A stretch of 64,000 bases of DNA, from positions 234,918,001 through 234,982,000 of the forward strand of contig CM126211.1 in NCBI GenBank assembly GCA_052327205.1, written 5' to 3'. The stretch is from Somniosus microcephalus. Lineage: Eukaryota. Position numbers and translations under genes: made by a program. Of this stretch, positions 35,905-47,441 are shown one piece after another (position 1 is the stretch's first letter; each line of letters begins with the position of its first letter). The notes under the pieces are model-generated. The model made no database searches and was not told the DNA's origin. It saw nothing but the letters and a program-made list of their open reading frames with translations.

Positions 35905-38900
35905 TGTTGTGTATTTTGAATGTGTATTAGAATTGTCCCACATGGGATACCGTCGTGGTGATTTGCAATGCACTATGGGAAATGTAGTGCATTGAGTGAA
36001 GAAGCACATTGTAAATAAAATGGCCGTTAACTAAACTCTCCACCCCGGAGTCCTCCGTAATTGTTATATAGGTAAGGGTATAAAACCCCTTGAGACACAA
36101 CAAAACTGGCAATGAGGACGACGGACTTGCGCATCACTTTGCACTGGAATCGGCGATGTTTAAAGTAAGAAGTTCCTGTCTTTTTTTAATGGCGCGCCCG
36201 CAATTTAGTGCTGATGCAATCACCTCGTAAAGGTGGCGGTTCGTGTGTTACACAAATAAGAAGGGGGAGAGTAATGATACAGTGAAACGAAGTGGAGGAA
36301 AAGGACTGTAAAAATAAAATAGAAAAGTGGAGGAAAAGGACTGTAAAGATTAAAAAAAAAATAACAAAATAGCTATGCTAACCGGAGCGTTTGGACCATT
36401 TGATGATACGGCGGAGCAATGGAGTGCTTATACAGAGCGTTTCGGATTTTTCGTGACTGCAAATGGCACTAAAGATGACGTGAAAGTGGCGACGTTCCTC
36501 GGTGTGATCGGAGCAAAAACATTTGGCTTGTTACGGAGTTTGATGCACCCGGATAAGCCCGGCGCTAAGACATATGATCAGATTGTGGAAGTTTTGGAAA
36601 CACATTTCGCACCCAAGCCGCTGCTGATTGCCGAGAGGTTCAGGTTTCACAAACGAAACCAAGGGGAGGGTGAGTCCATAGCCGAATATGTTGCAGCGCT
36701 AAAGAAGCTAACTGAGCATTGTGAGTTTGGTGAAACTCTAAATGACACTGTCCGCGATAGGTTTGTGTGTGGATTAAGATGTGAAGCAACACAGAAGTGC
36801 TTGCTCACGACTGACAAACTGACGCTTAAATCAGCAGTGGAGTTCGCTGTGTCTATGGAGTTAGCAGCTGAAGATGCACAGCTGTTGGGGGCTGCAACAA
36901 GAGTGCACAGGGTAGCAGCTACACCGGATAAGCATGCAAGGGACACCAGAGAGTGTTACAGATGTGGAAGGTCAGGTCATCAGCCATCTGACTGCTGGTG
37001 TAAAGACCTGACCTGTCGGAAATGTGAAAAGAAAGGACACATTGAACGTGTGTGTGTAAAGGGCAAAGCAAATAATCCTACACAGAGACACACAAAAACA
37101 AACAAGGAAACACATCCAACTGGCGTTCTAAAAAGAAAAACCTACACATGGTGAAACAAGAACAGGAAGACAGTGACACAGACTCTGATGGGGAGCTGAA
37201 TCTCCATGTGTTAACGGTGAATGGAGGCTCATCAGGCTATGGAGTCACTCCACTACTAGAGGGAATACCGGTCAAAATGGAGCTGGATACGAGGGCCGCT
37301 GTCTCCTTGATTTCAGAGAAGCTATTCAAAGAAAAACTGAACCACCTATCACTGATGCCGGCCAAGCTCACCTTAAAGACCTACACTGGGGAAACAGTCC
37401 CAATGCTGGGTAAGACGGAGGTCAAGGTGGAGCTTAATGGACAAACCGTGATGCTGCCAGTTTACGTGGTCAAGGGTGACTATCCATCCCTGATGGGCAG
37501 GCCATGGTTGGAGAAAATTCATCTGGATTGGAAAAAAGTGAATGGGGTGTCAATCGAAGAGGCGGGGCTAGCGGCAGTGTTGACAAAGCATGCGGCTGTC
37601 TTTGACGGAGAATTGGGGAGTATGAAGGGGATTACGGTCAAACTCAAGGTGAAGCCTGACAGCCAGCCATGATTCCTGAAGGCCAGGAATGTTCCCTACG
37701 CCCTCAGACCAAAGGTGGAGGCTGACCTGGAGCGTCTGGTCAAGATAGGGGTCCTGGTGCCGGTTTTGCACAGTGAGTGGGCCACGCCCGTGGTACCAGT
37801 GATGAAGAATGACGACGCGGTTCGCTTATGTGGAGATTTCAAAGTAACAGTGAATCCTGTGCTCTCAGCTGAACAGTACCCCCTCCCCATCATTGAAGAT
37901 CTTTTCGCGGGTCTAACAGGCGGTCAGAAGTTTAGCAAGATTGATCTATGCCAAGCCTACTTGCAGATGCATGTAGAAGAGGACTCACAGAAGTACCTCA
38001 CCATCACCACCCACAAGGGCCTCTACAGGTACTGCCGCCTACCCTTTGGTATAACGTCAGCACCAGCATTGTTTCAGCGGGCTATGGACCAGATCTTAAG
38101 CGGCATTCCAGGGGTACAATGTTATCTCGACGACAACGAGCATCTGCAGAACCTGGCGAAGACACTGGGAAGACTTGAAGAATATTGCTTACGCGTTCGC
38201 AAGGACAAATGCGAATTTTTCAAGCCATCAGTGGAGTACCTAGGCCATGTCATCGACGCGGATGGCCTACTCACAGCACCGTCGAAAGTGAAAGCCATTG
38301 CTGACGCTCCTGCACCTACAAATGTCGGCCAGCTGCGGTCATTCTTAGCTCTCCTGAACTATTACGGAAAGTTTATTCCACAGCTGGCATCACTGTTGAA
38401 GCCATTACATGAGTTGCTGTGTCAGGGCAAGGCCTGGGCGTGGACGAAGGAGTGCGAAGCTGCATTCAAGAAAGCCAAAGCAGCTTTGACTGACCCCAGA
38501 GTGTTGACGCACTTTGACCCGTCGTTGCAGATTCAGCTGGCCTGTGACACGTCGCCTTATGGCGTCGGCGCAGTCGCGTCCCACATCTTTCCCTCAGGCG
38601 AAGAGAAGCCGATTGCATTCCCGTCAAGGTCCCTGAGCAAGGCGGAGGTGAAATACCCGCAGATCGAAAAAGAGGCTTTGGGCATCATCTTTGGAATCAA
38701 AAAGTTCCATCACTACTTGTTCGGAAGGAAATTCACCGTGCTGACGGATCATCGTCCTCTGACATCGATCTTTGGTCCACACACAGGAATACCCTCCCTG
38801 GCAGCGTGCAGGCTGCAGCGCTGGGCGCTGATGTTAAGCGCTCACAATTACAACATCAAATACCAGAGGTCAGCAGCACATGGCAATGCGGACGGATTGT

Positions 38901-40636
38901 TAAGACTTCCGCTGCCTGTGCCCTCTGAAGGCTGTGAGCAGAAGATTTTCTACTTTGACATGGTGAGCAATGCCCCTGACACGGCCCGGCAGGTCAAGGA
39001 AGAGACCAGAGTGGACCCTACGCTATCCAAGGTGCTGGATTGGGTGATGCGAGGAGACGGATCACGGGTGTCAGACACACCACCTGAGCTCCTACCTTAC
39101 CTGTCAAGAGGGAAGGAGTTGTCTGTCACGCCAGGATGCCTCCTTTGGGGCATGCGAGTGATCATACCACCAAAGCTGCGGAAACATGTCCTCAACGAGC
39201 TGCACTCAGGACATTGTAGTATTGTCCGGATGAAGGAGCTGGCATGAAGCTACTTCTGGTGGCCCGGTCTGGATCATGAAATTGAAGCTGAAGCGAAATC
39301 ATGCCCATCATGCGAGACAACCAGGGATACGCCAAGAGCAGCGCCACTGCATCCATGGGAATGGCCGGCGACACCGTGGCAACGGATCCATCTGGACTTC
39401 GCGGGACCAGTGGAAGGAGCGATGTTCCTGGTCGCGGTGGACTCCCATTCCAAATGGCCGGAGGTTGCAGTAATGTCCACTACTACTACGGAGAAAACCA
39501 TCGAGACTCTGAGCGAGATGTTCGGGCGATTTGGTCTGCCAGAGCAGATCGTAACCGACAATGGAACACAGTTCACATCCCAGGAGATGGAGGAGTTCCT
39601 CAAGAGCAATGGAATCCAGCACACGTTCTCCGCGCCTTATCATCCATCCACGAATGGATTGGCGGAGAGATTTGTCAGAATGCTGAAACGCGTTGAAAGC
39701 GGCAAGAAGTGATGCTCCTCTAAAGCAACGCCTGAATGCTTTCTTGCTGAAATACCAAAACACGCCTCATGCTACGACTGGAGCATCTCCTGCTTACCTA
39801 CTCATGGGAAGACAGCTACGGACACGCCTTGACCTGCTGAGGCCAACGCCCACAGAAGCAGTGGTGCGCGCCAATCAGCAGGATCAAGTCAGCAGACGAG
39901 CTCAGAGGTCCAAAGAACGACACTTTGTGGTGGGGGGCAAAGTCCTCGCGCGTAACTACACCACCCCGGAGCGGTGGGTCCCGGCTACGGTCATTCAAAA
40001 GACGGGCCCCGTTTCATACTGCGTCCGCACCGGAGACGACCGAACATGGAGACGGCATGTAGACCAGTTACTGCCAAGACAGTCGCCACAGGTAACCCAA
40101 GAAACAGAGGATCAAGGACTTGCTGGGGGCTCCAGCAGGGACTGGTCGTCCGACCCTGAGACGGTGGCACCATCCACTCTTGTGCCATCGAGGGAGGAAG
40201 CCATGCCTGCAGAGTCACAGGAGAGCCAGCCAGAGCCTGCTCCTGAGACTAGGCGTTACCCCCAAAGAGAAAGGCAGCCTCCAGAGCACCTTAGTTACAG
40301 TTAGTGCTAACCTGTGTGCATGGGGCAGAATAACCCCCAGGGTTAGCGGAATGTAGAGGCAGTCTACCCTCTCTTCCAAAGTTAGTCATTTTCAGTTATT
40401 CTGTTTTGTGGACATTCTATTTTAAGGGGGAGGAAATATGTTGTGTATTTTGAATGTGTATTAGAATTGTCCCACATGGGATACCGTAGTGGTGATTTGC
40501 AATGCACTATGGGAAATGTAGTGCATTGAGTGAAGAAGCACATTGTAAATAAAATGGCCGTTAACTAAACTCTCCACCCCGGAGTCCTCCTTAATTGTTA
40601 TATAGGTAAGGGTATAAAACCCCTTGAGACACAACA
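35905..40636 (+). mobile_element. Ty3/Gypsy LTR retrotransposon (Mag-like), structurally complete, coding-disabled
   Basis: 198-bp LTRs at 35905-36102 and 40439-40636 (TGTTGTGT...ACACAACA, 2 mismatches); TSD AATGT; PBS 36107-36118; PPT 40424-40436; gag-PR-RT-RH-IN order. Confidence 0.95.
36375..40304 (+). pseudogene. gag-pol of the Gypsy element (broken)
   Basis: Two CCHC knuckles; protease LDTRAA (DTG altered); TGA stops at 37670-37672 and 39245-39247; about 8 codons missing after YLDD; frameshifts near 37140 and 39695; integrase IHLDFAGP, TDNG, NGLAERFV. Confidence 0.9.
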
Positions 40637-41299
40637 AATGTGGAGAAATGTGAAGTTATCCACTTTGGTAGGAAACACCTGGTATGTAAGTGGAGTTAGC
40701 CGGCAGGAGGGCTGTGACCATCCTTGCACTTTTTTACGTGCAGGTTGTAGCTTGTATTTAAGAGAGGTGTGTAATCTTGTAATCGGAACTGGTTTTTAGA
40801 ATGATTTAGTGCCACTTGGTCTCGAATGCCATTGTCGACAGACCCCCAGGATCCCGTGTGAACCTGTCCTGACCGGTCCTCTACTTGAGTGTTGCAGAGT
40901 ATTTTTTAAATGGTGAGAGATTGGGAAATGTTGGTGTTCAGAGGGACCTGGGTGTCCTTGTACACGAATCACTGAAAGTTAACATGCAGGTACAGCAAGC
41001 AATTAGGAAAGCAAATGGTATGTTGGCCTTTATTACAAGAGGATTTGAATATAAGAGTAAAGACGTCTTACTGCAATTATATAGGGCCCTGGTGAGACCA
41101 CACCTGGAGTATTGTGCACAGTTTTGGTCTCCTTACCTAAGGAAGGATATACTTGCCATAGAGGGAGTGCAACGAAGGTTCACCAGACTGGTTCCTGGGA
41201 TGGGGGGATTGTCCTATGAGGAGAGATTGAGTAGACTGGGCCTATATTCCCCAGAGTTTAGAAGAATAAGAGGTGATCTCATTGAAACATGCAAAAAAA

Positions 41300-43002
41300 A
41301 AAATAATTCGCTTATGGGATGTGGGCGTTGCTGTCAAGGCCAGCATTTATTGCCCATCCCTAGTTGCCCTTGAGAAGGTGGTGGTGAGCCGCCGCCTTGA
41401 ACCGCTGCAGTCCGTGTGGTGAAGGTGCTCCCACAGTGCTGTTCGGGAGGGAGTTCCAGGATTTTGACCCAGCGACGATGAAGGATTGGCGATATATTTC
41501 TAAGTCAGGATGGTGTGTGACTTGGAGGGGAACTTGGAGGTGGTGGTGTTCCCATGCGCCTGCTGCCCTTGTCCTTCTAGGTGGAAGAGGTCGCGGGTTT
41601 GGGAGGTGCTGGCGAGTTGCTGCAGTGCATCTTGTAGATGGTCCACACTGCAGCCACGGTGCGCCGGTGGTGGAGGGAGTGAATGTTTAAGGTGGTGGAT
41701 GGGGTGCCAATCAAGTGGGCTGCTTTGTCCTGGATGGTGTCGAGCTTCTTGAGTGTTGTTGGAGCTGCACTCATCCAGGCAAGTGGAGAGTATTCCATCA
41801 CACTCTTTACTTGTGCCTTGTAGATGGTGGAAAGGCTTTGGGGAGTCAGGAGGTGAGTCACTTGTCGCAGGATACCCAGCCTCTGACCTGCTCTTATTGC
41901 CACAGTATTTATGTGGCTGGCCCAGTTAAGCTTCTGGTCAATGGTGACCCCCAGGATGTTGGTGGTGGAGGATTCGGCGATGGTAATGCTGTTGAATGTC
42001 AAGGGGAGGTGGTTAGACTCTCGCTTGTTGGAGATAGTCATTGCCTGGCACTTCTGTGGCGTGAATGTTACCTGCCACTTATCAGCCTGAACGTCATCCA
42101 GGTCTTGTTGCATGCGGGCATGGAATGCTTCATTATCTGAGGAGTTGTGAATGGCGCTGAACACTGTGCAGTCATCAGCGAACATCCCCATTTCTGACCT
42201 TATGTTGGAGGGAAGGTCATTGATGAAGCAGCTGAAGATGATTGGGCCTAGGACACTGCCCTGAGGAACTCCTGCAGCGATGTCCTGGGCTGTGATGATT
42301 GACCTTCAACCACCACAACCATTTTCCTTTGTGCTAGGTATGACTCCAGCCAGTGGAGCGTTTTCCCCCTGATTCTCATTGACTTCAGTTTTACTAGGGC
42401 TCCTTGATGCCACACCCGGTCAAATGCTGCCTTGATGTCAAGGGCAGTCACTCTCACCTCACCTCTGGAATTCAGCTCTTTTGTCCATGTTTGGACCAAG
42501 GCTATAATGAGGTCAGGATCCGAGTGGTCTTGGTGGAACCCAAACTGGGCATCAGTGAGCAGGTTATTGGTGAGTAAGTGCCGCTTGATAGCACTGTCGA
42601 TGATACCTTCCATCACTTTGCTGATGATTAAGAGTAGTCTGATGGGGCGGTAATTGGCTGGGTTGGATTTGTCTTGCTTTTTGTGGACAGGACATACTTG
42701 GGCAGTTTTCCGCATTGTCGGATAGATGACAGTGTTGTAGCTGTACTGGAACAGCTTGGCTAGAAGCGCGGCTAGTTCTGGAGCACAAGTCTTCAGCACG
42801 ATAGCTGGGATGTTGTCGGGGCCCACAGCCTGTGCTGTATCCAGCGCGCTCAGCCGTTTCTTGATATCACATGGAGTGAATCGAATTGAATGAAGACTGG
42901 CTTCTGTGAAGGTGGCGACCTCGGGAATAGGCCGATATGGATCATCCACTCGGCACTTCTGGCTGAAGATGGTTGCAAACGCTTCAGCCTTGTCTTTTGC
43001 AC
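41300..43002 (-). mobile_element. 5'-truncated LINE of a second CR1/L2-group family, inserted in the CR1
   Basis: NYRPI, ALDIKAAFDRVWH and MFADD motifs; 3' tail GGGCAATAAATGCTGGCC...CCCACATCCCA; exact family not assigned. Confidence 0.85.
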
Positions 43003-43369
43003 TTCTTACAGGACTTGACAGGATAGATGAAGAGAGGATGTTTCCCCTGGCTGGGGAGTCTAGAACCAGGGGTCACAGTCTCAGAATAAGGGGTCGGCCA
43101 TTTAGGACTGAGATGAGGAATTTCTTCACTCAGAGGGTGGTGAATCTTTGGAATTCTCTACCCCAGAGGGCTGTGGAGGCTCAGTCGTTGAGTATATTCA
43201 AGGCTGAGATCGATAGATTTTTGAATATTAAGGGAATCAAGGGATATGGGGATAGTGCAGGAAAGTGGAGATGAGTTAGAAGATCAGCCATGATCTTATT
43301 GAATGGCGGAGCAGGCTCGAGGGGCCAAATGGCCGAATCCTGCTCCTATTTCTTATGTTCTTATGAGGA

Positions 43370-44272
43370 GATCATCTGTAGTTTGAGGGATAAATGTTGG
43401 CCCTGAATTCCCCTGCTCTTCGAATAGTGGCTTTGGGATCTTTTACATCCGAGAGGGCAGACGGGGCCTCAGTTCAACATGTCATCCAAAAGCTGGCACC
43501 TCCGACAGTGCAGCACTCCCTCAATACTGCTCCTCCGACAGTGCAGCACTCCCTCAGTACTGCTCCTCCGACTGTGCAGCGCTGCCTCAGTACTGCCCCT
43601 CCGACAGTGCGGCGCTCCCTCAGTACTGCCCCTCCGACAGTGCCGCGCTGCCTCAGTACTGCCCCTCCGACAGTGCGGCGCTCCCTCAGTACTGCCCCTC
43701 CGACAGTGCCGCGCTCCCTCAGTGCTGCCCCTCCGACAGTGCAGCGCTCCCTCAGTACTGCCCCTCCGACAGTGCGGCACTCCCTCAGTACTGTCCCTCC
43801 GACAGTGCAGCGCTTCCTCAGTACTGCCCCTCCGACAGTGCCGCGCTCCCTCAGTACTGCCCCTCCGACAGTGCAGCGCTCCCTCAGTACTGCCCCTCCG
43901 ACAGTGCGGCGCTGCCTCAGTACTGCCCCTCCGACAGTGCGGCGCTCCCTCAGTACTGCCCCTCCGACAGTGCGGCGCTGCCTCAGTACTGCCCCTCCGA
44001 CAGTGCGGTGCTCCCTCAGTACTGTCCCTCCGACAGTGCAGCGCTTCCTCAGTACTGCCCCTCCGACAGTGCGGCGCTCCCTCAGTACTGCCCCTCCGAC
44101 AGTGCAGCGCTGCCTCAGTACTGCCCCTCCGACAGTGCGGCGCTGCCTCAGTACTGCCCCTCCGACAGTGCGGCGCTCCCTCAGTACTGCACTGGGAGTG
44201 TCAGCCTGGATTATGGGCTACAGTCTCTGGCGTAGAACCCATGATCTTCTGACTCTCTTGAGAGAGTGCTAC
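43370..44272 (-). mobile_element. DeuSINE with 33-bp array (about 21 units, 43499-44193)
   Basis: Deu domain at left, array, tRNA-like head at right. Confidence 0.85.
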
Positions 44273-44704
44273 CTATCTTAAGTCTGCCTTGAGGGAGGGG
44301 GGATTTGCTGGGACGTTATCACTGACAGGTGCTGAGTTTTGGAGTCCGGGAGATCTAGAAGCCAGCTCTTGGGGGAGACGGGGATGGAGACTGCACGGGC
44401 GGCTCAGTGCTGCGATTCTTCGTGGGATGTCTGATACTAAGTGAGTGCCTTTCTGGGGCTGATGGTGGGGATCCTGCGGTGACGGCAGGACTTTCAAACA
44501 GTAAGTGTGAGATTCCCTCGACAGCAAATCCCAGTTATTGGTTGAAGGGGGAGGTTTTATTAGCACTGGATGGAGGTGTACACACACGTGTGTGTGTGCC
44601 TGAACCTGCGGCAGTTAAAGGCCCCGTTGCCCAGCCTCCTCACCAGCAGGATCTGTGTGAAAGAGTCCCGTGTCATTGCTGCTTCATCTCCCTGCTGCAA
44701 CCGA

Positions 44705-45270
44705 CTCACAAAGCAAGTTGCCTTTAACGTCGTAAAATGTCCCAAGGTGCTTCACAGGAGCGATATCAGACAAAATTTAACACTGAGCCACATAAGGACA
44801 GATATTAGGACAGGTGACCAAAAGTCTGGTCAAAGAGGTCGGTTTTAAATGGCGACTTAAAGGAGGAGAGAGAGGTAGAGAGGCGGAGAGGTTTAGGGAG
44901 GGAATTCCAGAGCTCGGGGCCCAGGCAGCTGAAGGCACGGCCGCCAATGGTGGAGCGATTATAATCAGGGATGCTCAAGAGGCCGGAATAGGGGGAGCAC
45001 AAACCCAATCTCAGGATTAAATAAGATGCTGAGGTTGTGAGAGTGTGGCAGGGACGGAAGACAATGGCTTCGGTCTTCCCAATATTTAGTTGGAGGAAAT
45101 TTCTGCTCATTCAGTGCTGGATGTTGGCAGTGGCGGGGTCGAGAGAGGGGGTGCTGAGATAGAGCTGGGTGTCGTCAGCGTACATGTGGAACCTGACTGT
45201 GGTTTCGATGATGTCGCCGAGGGGAAACATGTAGATGAGAAATAGGAGGGGGCCGAGGATAGATCCTTGT
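44705..45270 (-). mobile_element. Internally deleted L2 fragment
   Basis: YADDTQLY and MSRNFLQLNIGKTEAIVF...GGRAFSCLGPELWNSLP motifs; L2 tail. Confidence 0.82.
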
Positions 45271-45684
45271 GACGCACTTGCTGTTTACTTGTCCCGGAGC
45301 ACAGATCACGCAATCCGTCGGTCTTTGTTTGCATCTCCTTTGTTTTCATTTAAATGCATACCTATCTGGAACTTTCTGAAGTAATGTGGGGGAGTTGCTA
45401 TCTGATTTTTAGCACAATTTGATTTTATTACTTGCTTGGCAGTGATGTGGGTGGCGGCTAGTTGACAGAGTAAATTAATAGCAGTTCCCCGCACGCACGA
45501 ACGAGAGCACCCGCGGGGAATCACAAGCACAGAATGCAGGAGTTCCTCTCACTGCTTTTAATAAATGTGGTTCATTGTGGGCCCTCGATCTCACAATACT
45601 GTGCCAAACAGATAGAATAGGTCATGACTTACACAGGCTGGTTTAGTGAATTACTCGAGTGCTAACTCAAAAAAGACTTTAAGG

Positions 45685-46370
45685 ACTTGCATTTCTATCG
45701 CGCCTTTCACCACTACAGCCAATGAAGCGCTTTGTGAAGTGTGGTCACTGTTGTAATGTAGGAAACACGGCGGCCAAATCGCGCACAGCAAGATCCCACA
45801 AACAGCAATGTGATAATGACCAGATACTCTCTTAATTAGTGATCTCGGTTGAGGGATAAATATTGGCCAGGACACCGGGCAGAACTCCTTCAGTACTGCC
45901 CCTCCGACAGTGCGGCGCTCCCTCAGTACTGCCCCTCCGACAGTGCGGCGCTCCCTCAGTACTGCCCCTCCGACAGTGCGGCGCTCCCTCAGTACTGCCC
46001 CTCCGACAGTGCGGCGCTCCCTCAGTACTGCCCCTCCGACAGTGCGGCGCTCCCTCAGTACTGCCCCTCCGACAGTGCGGCGCTCCCTCAGTGCTGCCCC
46101 TCCGACAGTGCGGCGCTCCCTCAGTACTGCCCCTCTGACAGTGCGGCGCTCCCTCAGTACTGCCCCTCCGACAGTGCGGCGCTCCCTCAGTACTGCCCCT
46201 CTGACAGTGCGGCGCCCCCTCAGTACTGCCCCTCCGACAGTGCGGCGCTCCCTCAGTACTGCACTGGGTGTGTCGGCCTGCGTTATCTGTTCAAGTCTCT
46301 GCGAGTGGGACTTGAATCCACGACCTTCTGACTCCGAGGCGAGAGTGCTGCCCACTGAGCCACGCTTGAC
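45685..46370 (-). mobile_element. DeuSINE with 33-bp array (about 11 units); part of Deu domain deleted
   Basis: Tail, then GGCAGAACTCC fused directly to the array, then head CCCACTGAGCCAC. Confidence 0.85.
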
Positions 46371-46430
46371 CTCAACTCAACTGTAATGGAGCGCCTGCTT
46401 CATCCAACTATTGCTCGGTGTTTCTTTAGG

Positions 46431-47425
46431 TCTGGATCTCTGTCTCTCAATCGCTCTCTCTCTTTCGCTGGATCTGGATCACTCTCGCTGAGTCTCTCTC
46501 GTTCTCTCTCTCTGGATCGTTCTCTCTCTCTCTCTCTGGATCGTTCTCTCTCTCTCGCTGGGTCGTTCTCTCTCTCTGGATCGTTCTCTCTCGCTGGATC
46601 GTTCTCTCTCTCGCTGGATCGTTCTCTCTCTCTCTGGATCGTTCTCTCTCTGGACCGTTCTCTCTGGATCGTTCTCTCTCTCTCTCTCTCTCTCTGGATC
46701 GTTCTCTCTCTGGATCGTTCTCTCTCTCTCTGGATCGTTCTCTCTCTCTCTGGATCGTTCTCTCTCTCTCTGGATCGTTCTCTCTCTCTCTGGATCGTTC
46801 TCTCTCTCTCTGGATCGTTCTCTCTCTCTCTCTCTGGATCGTTCTCTCTCTCTCTCTGGATCGTTCTCTCTCTCTCTGGATCGTTCTCTCTCTGGATCGT
46901 TCTCTCTCTCTCTGGATCGTTCTCTCTCTCTGGATCGTTCTCTCTCTCTCTGGATCGTTCTCTCTCTGGATCGTTCTCTCTCTGGATCATTCTCTCTCTC
47001 TCTCTCTCTCTCTGGATCATTCTCTCTGGATCGTTCTCTCTCTGGATCATTCTCTTTCTCTCTGGATCGTTCTCTCTCTCTGGATCGTTCTCTCTCTCTC
47101 TCTGGATCGTTCTCTCTCTCTCTCTCTCGATCGTTCTCTCTCTCTCTGGATCGTTTTCTCTCTTGCTGGATTTCGTTCTCTCTCTGGATCGTTCGCTCTC
47201 TCTCTCTCTCTCTCTGGATCGTTCTCTCTCTCTGGATCGTTCTCTCTCTCTCTCTCGATCGTTTTCTCTCGCTGGATTTCGTTCTCTCTCTCCCTGGATC
47301 GTTCTCTCTGGATCTCTCTCTCTCTGGATCTCTCTCTCTCTGGATCGTTCTCTCTCTCTCTGGATCTCTCTCTCTCTGGATCGTTCTCTCTCTCTCTGGA
47401 TCGTTCTCTCTCTCTCTCGCTGGAT
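46431..47425. repeat. Compound (TC)n-GGATCGT microsatellite; resumes at 50171-50242 after the CR1
   Basis: TC runs punctuated by TGGATCGT, seen directly. Confidence 0.95.
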
Positions 47426-47441
47426 TTCCTTCTTGACAATT

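Larger units (their letters stand above)
34553..43364 (+). mobile_element. Long CR1 ORF2 remnant in four pieces (34553-35904, 40637-40675, 40894-41290, 43003-43364)
   Basis: Collinear motifs PWLTREVK, KSPGPDG, NYRPVSL, YLDFQKAFD, KFADD, WQMEYNV|EKCEVIHFG, RDLGVLV, RTRGHSL and 3' UTR. Confidence 0.88.

Noticed and set aside
37125-37154. Possible programmed gag-pol frameshift in the first Gypsy element
   Set aside because: The related second element has gag and protease in one frame; an indel in the A-rich tract is simpler
35905-40636. Apparent paradox of many coding lesions despite near-identical LTRs
   Set aside because: About 1 percent LTR divergence plus CpG hypermutability over 4.3 kb plausibly explains a handful of lesions
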